The notes below the pieces were generated by a model, which saw only the letters and a list, made by a program, of their open reading frames with translations, did not search any database and was not told where the DNA came from. From positions 1-64,000 of IMG/VR virus record IMGVR_UViG_3300028797_000009: a stretch of DNA of 64,000 bases. One strand, given 5' to 3'. This stretch comes from a virus. Its lineage: Duplodnaviria > Heunggongvirae > Uroviricota > Caudoviricetes. The translations under genes were made by a program, and so were the position numbers. Numbering within the stretch: position 1 is the stretch's first letter; each line of letters starts with the position of its first letter. This document shows, piece after piece, positions 51,201-60,600 of this stretch.

Positions 51201-52328
51201 GAGAGATGGATTAACCCTACTTCTTGGCCGATTACTTCATTAGTAAATAGAACTTTGTCCAATTCAGCGGCTACCACAGGTTTTAGGTATTTGAGAGCCG
51301 TTTATCCTACTTCAAGTGGCTTGAATAATAATACTTATAAGATTGGTAGCGAAATTGCTAACTATAACTCTACGGCTAGAACAATCCAGGTTGATGTATT
51401 TAAGACACATTCAAGTGTTATTTGGAATGAAACTAAACCGAGTGGAGCTATTTACACAAGCTCAACATATCAAGCGAACAACTCTGTTGCGACTTATTCT
51501 ACTCGTGGATGGGTGTTTAGGGCACCTTCCAGCTTTAATGCTAATACTGCCGATGCCGCCACAAGAGTTTCGTCCTATGAAAGTGTGACAATCAACTCCT
51601 CTGTGATTAAAAGTGGCGAAGCATTAACTGGTGGCTACTTGGCTTATCAGGCTGATGATGGATTAATTTATGATATTGGGAATAACACACCAAATGTCGT
51701 TGCTAATGAAAATGGTAGAATTGGTCTGATTACGACTGATTATAACGCAAATACTGCGATTGACACTAGGTATTTTAGGTCTGTAACGAATTTAAGTTCA
51801 ACTCAGGTAGGGTATGTTTCGCACGATACCTTTGCGTTGGGGAATAGGGTATTTTGGCGATTCTTAATGGACGCTAATGGAAAGATTCATTCGGATAACT
51901 ATTTGTCCACAAGTATGTCATCTGGTTATACTTGGTTGCCTATCGGTGTTGCTACGGCAAGTAATACAGTTTATCTAGATACGAGAAAGCCAGTATTCTA
52001 TACGATTGATTCAAATGGAAAAATTTCTCATATCAACGGGGTTGTGCTTGCTGGTTCTGGTGGTGGAGGTGGCGGTTCCTATACTGCCGGTAATCATATT
52101 TCGATTGTGAATGATGTAATTTCTGCTGTCGATTATGTCCATTCTGACACCTTAACGGCGGCAACTACTCCGACTGGGACAGTAACTACTGCGATGATTG
52201 CTGATGGTGCGATTACGAGGGATAAGTTGGCGAGTGATGCAAAGTTTACTCTTACAATGTCAACGACAGATATAAGTGAAGGCTCTGCGTTGGCCGCAAA
52301 TACTTTGTATGGGGTTTATAACGTATAG
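48273..52328 (+). CDS. Large modular tail fibre / receptor-binding protein
   Basis: 1351 aa. A ~350-aa module appears twice (aa ~95-440 and ~905-1250: F.W.ISDTTYR..YQMDNTGW...AYRITVTG.GI.Q.CD...RW..PT..P.TS......S.TTGFRYLRAVYPT). Three copies of the 35-aa TVNNATLTIQKNGTTV.TFTANASSN.TANIT motif, plus SGGTMTG and KLDGIATGAEVN fibre motifs. C-terminus TMSTTDISEGSALAANTLYGVYNV. Confidence 0.75.
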   Translation: MDWPQILTTITEGNAISTVVDAPWVSVTSVNGMTGDVVVEPVVKEFQANHYYPKDTVITYNGELYSARANFTSGNSFNVANWKLLSDDQDFAVQEGSTQPVFENMVPIQSFEWDISDTTYRALYQMDNTGWTQTNMEVVVAYRITVTGSGIDQVCDVIDRWFSPTTRPVTSILAKTLSQSASTTGFRYLRAVYPTNSYVNNINYPIGQEIQPYNATARHIRVDVYKTDTGVVWNTTKPSASIYKGSSTYQSASVIEVYASRGWVFRGCANVAVNSADTSGCITDYERAMVGSSVVLAGEALTAGYFAYLADDGKVYMMNNTTKNISVGESKIGWISNGVNSGAAISNSYWRTISRPNSTQYGYFSHDTMALGDRVYLRCTRDANGKIHSDNYLASGMSAGYTWMPLGVMTASNTFYADTRNPMFYTINSSGKLTHINGEEIVDSTYTVNNATLTIQKNGTTVQTFTANASSNKTANITMDKTDVGLGNVDNTSDANKPISTATQTALNNKLSLTGGTMTGATYGYYPATASTMVGNEYNVLLNGGDRYTFTQSGTGTLSDGQVKALFDGRLAPQYSSDGVNPNDPYVLLIEGLPDIHTQTGGVFGWTCRYWVPTSFKVELYDNYQSRGWVTIVEKTNTATKELFVDLWRTTGGGSYTKARITIYDSNGSVGANGYRRWGISEIFFCHPEAISAYEYASVDKANSATKATQDANGDVITTTYAKKTEIPTVNNATLTIQKNGTTVKTFTANASSNVTANITVPTKTSDLTNDSNFPVDASYVHTDNNFTTTLKNKLDGIATGAEVNQNAFSNVKVGSTTVAADSKTDTLELVAGSNVTLTPDATNDKVTIAASVPTVNNATLTIQKNGSTVNTFTANASSNVTANITVPTKTSDITNDSNFITDSNAQIMASGQGTVAPCFDGMTPIKTFTWSVSDTTYRPVYQMDNTGWAYDNMDIDVAYRITVTGTGINQICDIHERWINPTSWPITSLVNRTLSNSAATTGFRYLRAVYPTSSGLNNNTYKIGSEIANYNSTARTIQVDVFKTHSSVIWNETKPSGAIYTSSTYQANNSVATYSTRGWVFRAPSSFNANTADAATRVSSYESVTINSSVIKSGEALTGGYLAYQADDGLIYDIGNNTPNVVANENGRIGLITTDYNANTAIDTRYFRSVTNLSSTQVGYVSHDTFALGNRVFWRFLMDANGKIHSDNYLSTSMSSGYTWLPIGVATASNTVYLDTRKPVFYTIDSNGKISHINGVVLAGSGGGGGGSYTAGNHISIVNDVISAVDYVHSDTLTAATTPTGTVTTAMIADGAITRDKLASDAKFTLTMSTTDISEGSALAANTLYGVYNV

Positions 52329-52366
52329 TGAATGATAAAATATAACTAGTATTATGGAGATAAATA

Positions 52367-53602
52367 ATGGCACAGCCGTTAGGAAGTTCGATTGAAACAC
52401 AAATTGTAGATGGTCCTAATCTGGTTTCACAAGTTCAGGAAAATCAGAATATACTTCAGACTGTCGTTCAGGATGTGCCTCAAATTCAGACTGTATTGAC
52501 CGATAATGTAAATAATGTTTCTTCGGTGATTAATGCTCCATTCGTGGAGGTAACATCGGTAAATGGGATGACTGGTGATGTCATAACCGAACCGATTATG
52601 CAGAATTATCAAAACAACCACTATTATCCACAAAATACGATTGTTAACTATAATGGAGTAATTTATTGGGCAAAAAATACTTTCACTTCTGGTAGCAGTT
52701 TCGATTCGACAAAATGGAATACGGTGTCTGTTCAGGCATATAAAAGTTTGAATGGGCAATTGCAATTAAATAGTTATCGTAGGTCTGTTATAGCATTATG
52801 CGAAGTGTCTACTACTAATAACACTGAAAAAAATTCATATAGTAGTGGTAGACTTACATTCCACCGATACAATGGCTTGAATGGTATGGTTGAATTAGAT
52901 TTTAACGTTGAAAACCAGTATAGTAAAGCTTATTACTTTAATGCGTCATATTATTCTAATTTGAATTATTTGCCTGCAACGGGGGTAAGTCTTGATAGTG
53001 ACCAAGGTTTCAGATTTTGCACGTTTAAATATAATGATGTGTGGTATGGTGGCATAGACATTTTTATGGGCAATGCCTCATTGAGTTACATAGCATTTGA
53101 GGGGGTGGGTAATTTTACACCATTTGGGTTGGATTATTACAAGACAAGTGGCAGTGGAACTGCTGAAGTGTTAAATCAAGAAGTTTATGATAGTTTGAAT
53201 TATACACAATTTGATTGGAATAGGGCCGTTATTGGTGCAAGGTCGCTTAATACTGATACTGGTTGGATAAAGAAAAATAATACCTATACTGCCACTTTGC
53301 CGGATAAAGATGGAACCATCGCTATGACTTCGGATATTCCAGCGGCTCAAATTCAATCCGACTGGAACCAGACTACAACCACTGCTTTAGATTATATTAA
53401 GAATAAACCTACGATTCCTACGGTTAACAATGCTACTTTGACAATTCAGAAAAATGGGACGAATGTTCAAACCTTTACCGCAAATGCAAGTAGCAACAAA
53501 ACTGCAAATATAACCGTTCCTGTGATTACTGCAAGCACGACAGATATTGGGGAAGGGGCAACGTTAACTACTGGGGATTTGTATTGTGTATATGATGCTT
53601 AG
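52367..53602 (+). CDS. tail fibre protein (shorter paralog)
   Basis: 411 aa. N-terminal region (VTSVNGMTGDVITEP...NHYYPQNT..YNG.IY) is shared with 48273; one TVNNATLTIQKNGTNVQTF repeat; conserved C-terminus TASTTDIGEGATLTTGDLYCVYDA. Confidence 0.65.
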   Translation: MAQPLGSSIETQIVDGPNLVSQVQENQNILQTVVQDVPQIQTVLTDNVNNVSSVINAPFVEVTSVNGMTGDVITEPIMQNYQNNHYYPQNTIVNYNGVIYWAKNTFTSGSSFDSTKWNTVSVQAYKSLNGQLQLNSYRRSVIALCEVSTTNNTEKNSYSSGRLTFHRYNGLNGMVELDFNVENQYSKAYYFNASYYSNLNYLPATGVSLDSDQGFRFCTFKYNDVWYGGIDIFMGNASLSYIAFEGVGNFTPFGLDYYKTSGSGTAEVLNQEVYDSLNYTQFDWNRAVIGARSLNTDTGWIKKNNTYTATLPDKDGTIAMTSDIPAAQIQSDWNQTTTTALDYIKNKPTIPTVNNATLTIQKNGTNVQTFTANASSNKTANITVPVITASTTDIGEGATLTTGDLYCVYDA

Positions 53603-53610
53603 GGGGACTG

Positions 53611-54807
53611 ATGGCTAACTTTAATGAGTATCACATCAGCCCTGACAGTATATATAGCACCGCTAACCAAAGCGTTAAAGCGGTTGCTTATCTAACGCAG
53701 AGTGTAGATGTTGCGAACAGAAAAGTGACCGTTACCCTCCGTGCTTTGATTGGGTGTTATAGAAATTCTGCTTGGAATTGTTCGGCTGGTTCTAATGTTT
53801 TAGGACAAAGTTATACACTTTCGGGGGATTTGGATGGAGCAACCACTTCCACCGGTAGTGCTGGTCTAAAAAATGGTGGCTCTACTGTCTATATGGTCGC
53901 TGGGGGGACTTATACATGGGACAGTGGTTTAACTGGTCTTTCGGAAGGTTATAGTCGAAGATTTGTGTCTAAAGATTATAACTATAATGATAATGGTGAT
54001 GCAATCACGGGGAATTTTAGTGTCACCATTAACAATGGTGGTGCGACCATTTCTGGCTCTTTCACCACAAGTTCAATCGACCCGAAGTATTCCGACCCAG
54101 AAGGGTTAGATGTTAGTGTTAGTAGTAAAACAGATACTTCTGTTACGATGTCTGTTTCTGTGACGAATTATGGTTATCCACCATCTGAAACAGGGAGATA
54201 TTTGCAAACCGCAGTTCTGGGTTCTTCCACTTATGGGAGTCCTTATAGGTATGCGAATGTGTCAAATGCGACTTCTGGGAGTTTAACTATATCAAACAGT
54301 TCAAGTACGGGAAGTCCTTCTCTTACAATTGCTGGTAACACAGAATACTACTATGGTGCGTTAGCAAACAACACCCATAATGAAGTGAATATTGTAAAAG
54401 GAACAGTTGTCACTAGACCAGCGTATATCACGAGTGTTTCAACAATGGACAGAGGGCATGGAGATATTACTTTTAGTGTTAATCATGCCGCTGAGGGTTC
54501 AAAATATACTGTTCAAAACAAATATTCTTTAGACCAATCAACTTGGACAAATATGGGGGATTCGGTTACTCTAAATTTTGAAGATACGACCACAGTATAT
54601 TTTAAGCGTAGTAGCACAGCAGGGGATACAACGGTTAGTAGTAAGACCGTAACACCTCATTTCAACCGTTTTGTGTATATAGGAGTGGGGAATCAAGCGA
54701 AGAAGGCAAAAAAGATTTATATCGGAGTGAATGGTCAAAGTAAAGAGGTTAAAAAGGTATATGTTGGAGTAGGAGGTGTGGCAAAATTAGCGTATGAAAA
54801 GTCTTGA
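53611..54807 (+). CDS. fibre-associated protein with C-terminal K.Y.GV.G triple repeat (paralog of 61667)
   Basis: 398 aa. N-terminus ...TQSVDVANRKVTVTLRAL matches 61667 (...SQTVDSANRKVYIIVITL). C-terminus KKIYIGVNGQSKEVKKVYVGVGGVAKLAYE. Confidence 0.5.
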   Translation: MANFNEYHISPDSIYSTANQSVKAVAYLTQSVDVANRKVTVTLRALIGCYRNSAWNCSAGSNVLGQSYTLSGDLDGATTSTGSAGLKNGGSTVYMVAGGTYTWDSGLTGLSEGYSRRFVSKDYNYNDNGDAITGNFSVTINNGGATISGSFTTSSIDPKYSDPEGLDVSVSSKTDTSVTMSVSVTNYGYPPSETGRYLQTAVLGSSTYGSPYRYANVSNATSGSLTISNSSSTGSPSLTIAGNTEYYYGALANNTHNEVNIVKGTVVTRPAYITSVSTMDRGHGDITFSVNHAAEGSKYTVQNKYSLDQSTWTNMGDSVTLNFEDTTTVYFKRSSTAGDTTVSSKTVTPHFNRFVYIGVGNQAKKAKKIYIGVNGQSKEVKKVYVGVGGVAKLAYEKS

Positions 54808-54840
54808 TATAATGTAATCAGCTAAAAAGGATATAAACAA

Positions 54841-55122
54841 ATGGAAGATAAAGAAATTAAAAGACTTCTACAATTAAGGTCTAATCCTCATTTTCAGATG
54901 TCCGCTAGTGAGATGGATAAAATTCGAGAATGGGAAAAAGAACAAGAAAAAATTGAAATTAAGGAAGTGAAGAAGATTGAAGCCCCAGAGGGTTTTGAAT
55001 ATTCCGAAGGTATCGGTACCGAGGCTGGTCCAGCGTTAGTTCCGAAGAAAAAACGTAATAAAAAGACTAAAAATATCGTTAAAGAAGAAGAAAAAGAAAT
55101 CGGAGATATTGAGGAGAATTAA
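54841..55122 (+). CDS. hypothetical Lys/Glu-rich protein
   Basis: 93-aa ORF. Confidence 0.4.
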   Translation: MEDKEIKRLLQLRSNPHFQMSASEMDKIREWEKEQEKIEIKEVKKIEAPEGFEYSEGIGTEAGPALVPKKKRNKKTKNIVKEEEKEIGDIEEN

Positions 55123-55350
55123 GTGGACGAATCGAGGTTATTGCCTGTCCGTTGTCCAGGGATGGTGATGGACAAAAGTAAGGGGGAGTTAATAAAATGT
55201 AATAAGCTTTGCGTGAAAGTTTATCCAGGTTCTAGTGGTGAAATACAATGTCGCCATTGTAAATTAAGATTCCACTTCTATGTAGATTCTCAGGCCAAAA
55301 GTATTCTTTCCGTGAAAGCAAAACCAGTAAAGGGAATAGATGAAAAGTAG
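55123..55350 (+). CDS. zinc-ribbon protein
   Basis: 75 aa, GTG start; CPG..C..C...CRHC. Confidence 0.35.
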   Translation: MDESRLLPVRCPGMVMDKSKGELIKCNKLCVKVYPGSSGEIQCRHCKLRFHFYVDSQAKSILSVKAKPVKGIDEK

Positions 55351-55984
55351 TTATCTCATTAAAGCAAATTTAGTAGACGATAAAGAAAAAAGTTCTCAAT
55401 TGCCGGATAGAAACGTTAGAGTCGCCATCAATGTTGAACAAGCAAAAGAAATAATCGGCAGTATTACCCCAACTCCAGAGCCAGAAGCCACTCATATTAA
55501 GGTTTCGGGCCAATATTCTAGCTATAATTGGCTTGGTATTTTTGACAGCAATGATATGAGGGCTTATCTTGATGGGAATTTGAGTTTCTATTCGACTGAC
55601 GTGATGTGGGAGAAGGATGATGGGACTAAACTTTCAAACTCGGATATTTATCATGCAATGCAGAACGGTGAAAAGTTTGCGTTAGACTTCTCGCTTGGGG
55701 CAGTGATGGATTATATTCAAACTCCTACAGCCGCTGGTTTTTCTTACTATTTGCCACCAAGCAGTTCTCCTAACAATCTTATAATTCCTGGTGTGGCCTT
55801 AGTCAGCAAGACTGGGACTGGGGAAGTTGACCCAAATGGCGATGGTCAGTTTTCTGCGGTCTATGGGGCTTACTATGGCTATGGAGCCACTACGTTAACA
55901 ATGGGCTTTAATTCCCATACTGTTGATGGTCAAAAAACTGTAGAGTTTTATGCGACTATGCCTGGCAATTTTGACCGTAGTTAA
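55340..55984 (+). CDS. putative structural protein
   Basis: 214-aa ORF inside the fibre cluster. Confidence 0.45.
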   Translation: MKSSYLIKANLVDDKEKSSQLPDRNVRVAINVEQAKEIIGSITPTPEPEATHIKVSGQYSSYNWLGIFDSNDMRAYLDGNLSFYSTDVMWEKDDGTKLSNSDIYHAMQNGEKFALDFSLGAVMDYIQTPTAAGFSYYLPPSSSPNNLIIPGVALVSKTGTGEVDPNGDGQFSAVYGAYYGYGATTLTMGFNSHTVDGQKTVEFYATMPGNFDRS

Positions 55985-56036
55985 TTGTGGATAACCTGGG
56001 ATATTGATTTTATCTTATTTTGCTATAATTTAGGTA

Positions 56037-56309
56037 ATGTTTGATAATAAAATCGATGCCAATTCGCATCCTGTACGGGTTTATGAAGTTCAGGGGGAGC
56101 AGTTTACTGCCAATTCACACCCATATCTTGTAAAATTTGCTGGGGGAACAGATTATTATACGAAGGATGAGATTGATGGTATTATCGATTTTTATGATTC
56201 GAATAATGATGGGATTGTAAACGCTGCCGACTACGCCTATGATGGACCGGGCGGAGGTGGCGACCCAGATAGAATAACGAATCAGGATATAAATAATATC
56301 GTAAGTTAA
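56037..56309 (+). CDS. hypothetical protein
   Basis: 90 aa; Gly-rich DGPGGGGDPD. Confidence 0.4.
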   Translation: MFDNKIDANSHPVRVYEVQGEQFTANSHPYLVKFAGGTDYYTKDEIDGIIDFYDSNNDGIVNAADYAYDGPGGGGDPDRITNQDINNIVS

Positions 56310-56319
56310 GGGAATAAAA

Positions 56320-57648
56320 ATGGCAAAATATCTAGATTATGACGGATTAATCTACTACCATTCCAAGATTACAGGTTTTCTTGATGGAAAAGTAGATAAG
56401 GTGATGGGTAAAGGTCTTTCCGAGAATGACTTTACAGACACTCTAAAAACTAAATTGGACGGTATCGCCGCAGGTGCCGAAGTAAATGTCCAGCCAGACT
56501 GGAATGAAACTACGACTACCTCTGATGCGTATATTCAGAATAAACCAAGTTTAGCAACAGTAGCAACTTCTGGTTCGTATAATGATTTATCTAATAAACC
56601 AACGATACCTACTGTTAATAATGCGACCTTAACCATTCAGAAAAATGGAACTACAGTAAAAACCTTCACGGCAAACGCATCTAGCAACGTAACGGCAAAT
56701 ATTACTGTTCCTACTACCGCCGCTGATGTTTCTGCTTTACCTGCTTCCACAAAGTATGGCTCCACGATTTTGGTAGATATTGATGATGAATATAAAGCCG
56801 TTTCTAGCCCATCTGGCAATCCAAAAAGCCAAGGATGGTATGAAAGAAGTGGCACTTCTCCTAACTATGTTTATACCCTTACAAATGATACCTCGGTAGT
56901 ATCTGGAAAAACTTATTACACTGGTCCAACTTATGTAATTACCACGACTTTGAAAGACCAAGATGGAAATACTCTTGGCTCTGCTCAGATTATCGACCTC
57001 CCACTTGAAAGTGTGGTGGTGAGTGGTAGCTATGATGCTCAAACGAAAGAAGTAATTTTAACCCTTAAAGATGGTTCGCAAATTCGATTTAGTGTGGCTG
57101 ATTTGGTGTCTGGTTTACAGACGGAAATCACTTCTTCAAATAAATTGAGTTCTGATTTGGTAGATGATACTAATAAGACGCATAAATTTGCTACCTCCTC
57201 GCAACTTAGTAAATTGGATGGATTGGCAAATATTAAATCGATTGGTTCCAATCTCTCGTTAAGTAGTGCTGGACAGTTGTCTGCAACTGATACAACTTAT
57301 TCTGATTTTACTGGTGCTAATGGTTCTAGTGCTGGTACTCACGGTTTGGTCCCTGCTCCTGCCGCTACCGACAATACAAAGTTTTTGAAGGGTGATGGGA
57401 CTTGGGCTTCTGCTTTGGCAGATTTACCGATTGCCTCTGCTAGCACACTTGGTGGTATTAAAGTAGGAACTCACTTATCGATTAATTCTACTTCTGGTGT
57501 ATTGTCGGCTGACTGGCCAACGATTGACTCTACATTTAGTACTACTAGCACCAATGCCGCTCAAAGTAAGGCAATTTATAACTGGATTGTGGCGAATTTA
57601 CCAACAACTGCAATTACGAATTCCGAAATTGATACAATAGTAGCGTAA
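56320..57648 (+). CDS. tail fibre protein
   Basis: 442 aa. N-terminal LSENDFTDTLKTKLDGIAAGAEVN fibre motif, KPSLATVATSGSYNDLSNKPTIP linker, one TVNNATLTIQKNG repeat. Confidence 0.65.
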   Translation: MAKYLDYDGLIYYHSKITGFLDGKVDKVMGKGLSENDFTDTLKTKLDGIAAGAEVNVQPDWNETTTTSDAYIQNKPSLATVATSGSYNDLSNKPTIPTVNNATLTIQKNGTTVKTFTANASSNVTANITVPTTAADVSALPASTKYGSTILVDIDDEYKAVSSPSGNPKSQGWYERSGTSPNYVYTLTNDTSVVSGKTYYTGPTYVITTTLKDQDGNTLGSAQIIDLPLESVVVSGSYDAQTKEVILTLKDGSQIRFSVADLVSGLQTEITSSNKLSSDLVDDTNKTHKFATSSQLSKLDGLANIKSIGSNLSLSSAGQLSATDTTYSDFTGANGSSAGTHGLVPAPAATDNTKFLKGDGTWASALADLPIASASTLGGIKVGTHLSINSTSGVLSADWPTIDSTFSTTSTNAAQSKAIYNWIVANLPTTAITNSEIDTIVA

Positions 57649-57659
57649 GGAGGTTTTCT

Positions 57660-60600
57660 GTGGCTGCTAAAAAATATTTAGATGAAACGGGTTTAGAGCA
57701 TTTTTGGGATAAGACCGCCTATAAGTATGGTATTGAGCGTATTGAAGGCACACAGAGTGCTTCTACTAACGCTTGGACTGGCACTTCGCTAGATAAAAAC
57801 TGTGCGAGTAGTACTATTCCAACTGGTAAAGTTATCGTTTATAAGCTCCCGTATGCTGGCACTAGTTCTGCCGCCACGCTCAATTTAACACTTCCGGATG
57901 GTACTACCTCTGGTGCGAAGAATGTTAAATATAATACTGGTAGCAACGTAACCACCACTTATGGTGCCAACTGTGAAATCTTCATGGTTTATGATGGTAC
58001 TAACTGGAAGTGCGCCCCTTGGTATGATTCAAACAACTATGACCGTGTTAGGCATAACTGTGCCGTTAAAGCCGCCGCCGCTATTACTAATGGTACTATC
58101 TGTGTTGGCACATCTGCTGGTTATAAGATGGCCGCTAGTGGCACTACGTTTGATATCGGTTATCCAATTTTGAGGGCTGGAGAAGCCGTCTCATCTGGTA
58201 GCACGAGTTCAGCATTTTATGATGTTCTCACTGCTAACCTTCAAACAACTAAGAGTGGCTGGACTGGTACTGCCTATACGCAAACTTGGCTAGTCGGCAC
58301 ACTCTCTGGCACGACATTCACGATTGATTCTGCTGTTTTTACGCAGACCATCCCATCAACCGCTGATGGTAAGGTTTATACCCCTATCGGGATAACTTAC
58401 GATACAAAACAGATTTATCTTCACCCAACTAATGAATATTGGGAATATCGTAATGGCGCATTTAGCCCAATCTCTACTTGTCCGACATTAGCCACTGTGG
58501 CTACGAGCGGAAGTTATAATGACCTCTCCAACAAACCAACCATTCCTGCGGCTCAGGTGAACTCAGATTGGAATTCGTCATCTGGTGTATCTCAAATTTT
58601 GAACAAGCCAACATTAGCTACGGTTGCTACCTCTGGTTCTTATAACGACTTGTCTAATAAACCAACCATCCCTACTGTGAATAACGCCACTTTAACTATT
58701 CAGAAGAATGGTACCACGGTTAAGACATTCACAGCTAATGCCTCCTCAAATGTTACTGCAAATATCACAGTTCCAACAAATAATAATGAGTTAACAAATG
58801 GTGCTGGGTATATTACTTCATCGGGTAGTATTACGGGTAATGCCGCTACCGCTACGAAAGCAACTCAAGATTCTGATGGGAATGCGATTAATACAACTTA
58901 TTTAAAGAAGTCTGGCGGTACTATGACCGGTGCTATTACTAGGGCATTAGCGAGTTCTGGGACGATTGCTGATACAAATTTGTTTACCGTCACAGGTTCA
59001 ACTGATGGTTTTGGGGTAAATTATTCTTCTACTACTGCCGATGTTGGAATTACCACTCTATATACAACCGATGACGCAAATGCGAAACTGAGTTTAGGGA
59101 ACAAGATTAGTAGCACCTATAAAGAGGCAATTAGTATTGTTAATGGCTCTGCTACGGTTACTGGTAGCGTATCTGGAAATGCTGGAACTGCCACAAAGTT
59201 AGAAACTGCCAGAACGATTGGGATTGGGACTGGTGCTACGGGAACGGCAACTTCTTTTAATGGAACGGCTAATATTACAATTCCGATTACTGATGTAAAA
59301 GAGTCATATGTAAGTTGGGGAGGCAAACAACTTACAAATAATATGATTAGCCCAGACGATATGGGTTGTATTGATGAATTTGGACATAATAAGCTAGCAT
59401 TCTTGCCTGCTTCTTGTATTGATGTTGCTTATACAACTGATGGTGGTACTACTTGGGTGGATTATGGCTTGACGGATGCTCAAAAAGTGAAAATGGTCAC
59501 TACCTCTGGTGTGAGTATGTATGTGGGTGGTAGCTCAGATAATGCCACTGCCGACAATATTGCTAATTTGAAGTTAAGAGTTAGAATTGCTGCTGGGCCA
59601 ACTAGTGGTGGTAAAGTCTATACTGCTGCCAAAAAACTTCTGATAAATTTTTCTAGTCAAGGTGCTGGTGGGAATAAGGTTCAAATTAGACATAGAACAA
59701 TTGCTAATTATATTGCTGGGACTGATACTTGGATAAATGTCGGAACTTATGATATTGCTGGCGGTTCAGGTTGGAATTCGTATCCGTATGTGAGTACATT
59801 TGGTGGTAGTTTTAGTACCCAGACTGGACAAATTGGTCAGTTGGAATTTATCTTTTATTGCACCACTTTAGGAACGTGGGGGTTGAAAAAACCGTGTGCT
59901 ATTGATTTTAGGATGATTGGTGCTACTAACTGGACAATGCCAAGTGAAATGGCTAGGGCAGGGCATATTTATACATTCGATGAAAATCAGGTAACGACTT
60001 TTCCTGCTGATGTGATTGTTACGGGTAGAGTATATCCGAGCGCAGATAATTCAAAAGATTGTGGTGCTGGAACGAAGAGATGGAAAGATATTTATTTATC
60101 TGGCGCATTGAAAAATAATACATATACTTGGTCTTTGCCAAGTAAAACAGGAACGGTTGCCTTAACCTCGGATTTGCCAACAGTTAATAATGCTACGCTT
60201 ACCATCCAAAAGAATGGTACTAACGTCCAGACTTTCACGGCTAACGCAAGTTCGAATGTTACGGCTAATATCACGGTGCCAACAAAGACTTCTGACTTGA
60301 CTAATAATGGAGCAGATAATACTTCGACTTATATTGAAACCGATGACGCTCAAATTATGGCCGCTGGTCAAGGCAATGTTATCCCGTGTTTTGATGGTAT
60401 GACGCCAATTAAGACTTTTACCTGGACAGTCGCCGATACGACTTATAGACCTATTTACCAATTTGACAATACTGGTTGGACTAGGGATAATTTGAACAAA
60501 ACCTTAGCGTATAGAATTACGGTTACAGGGACTAATATTAAACAGGTGGTAGATGTGAATGAGCAGTGGTTTGACCCATTGAGCTGGCCTGTTACGAGCG

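Noticed and set aside
49611-60310. Seven ~100-140-nt near-repeats that could superficially suggest a repeat array (CRISPR- or VNTR-like)
   Set aside because: They are in-frame coding repeats (TVNNATLTIQKNGT...) inside fibre genes, irregularly spaced and diverged at synonymous sites. There are no spacer-repeat regularity and no cas genes.
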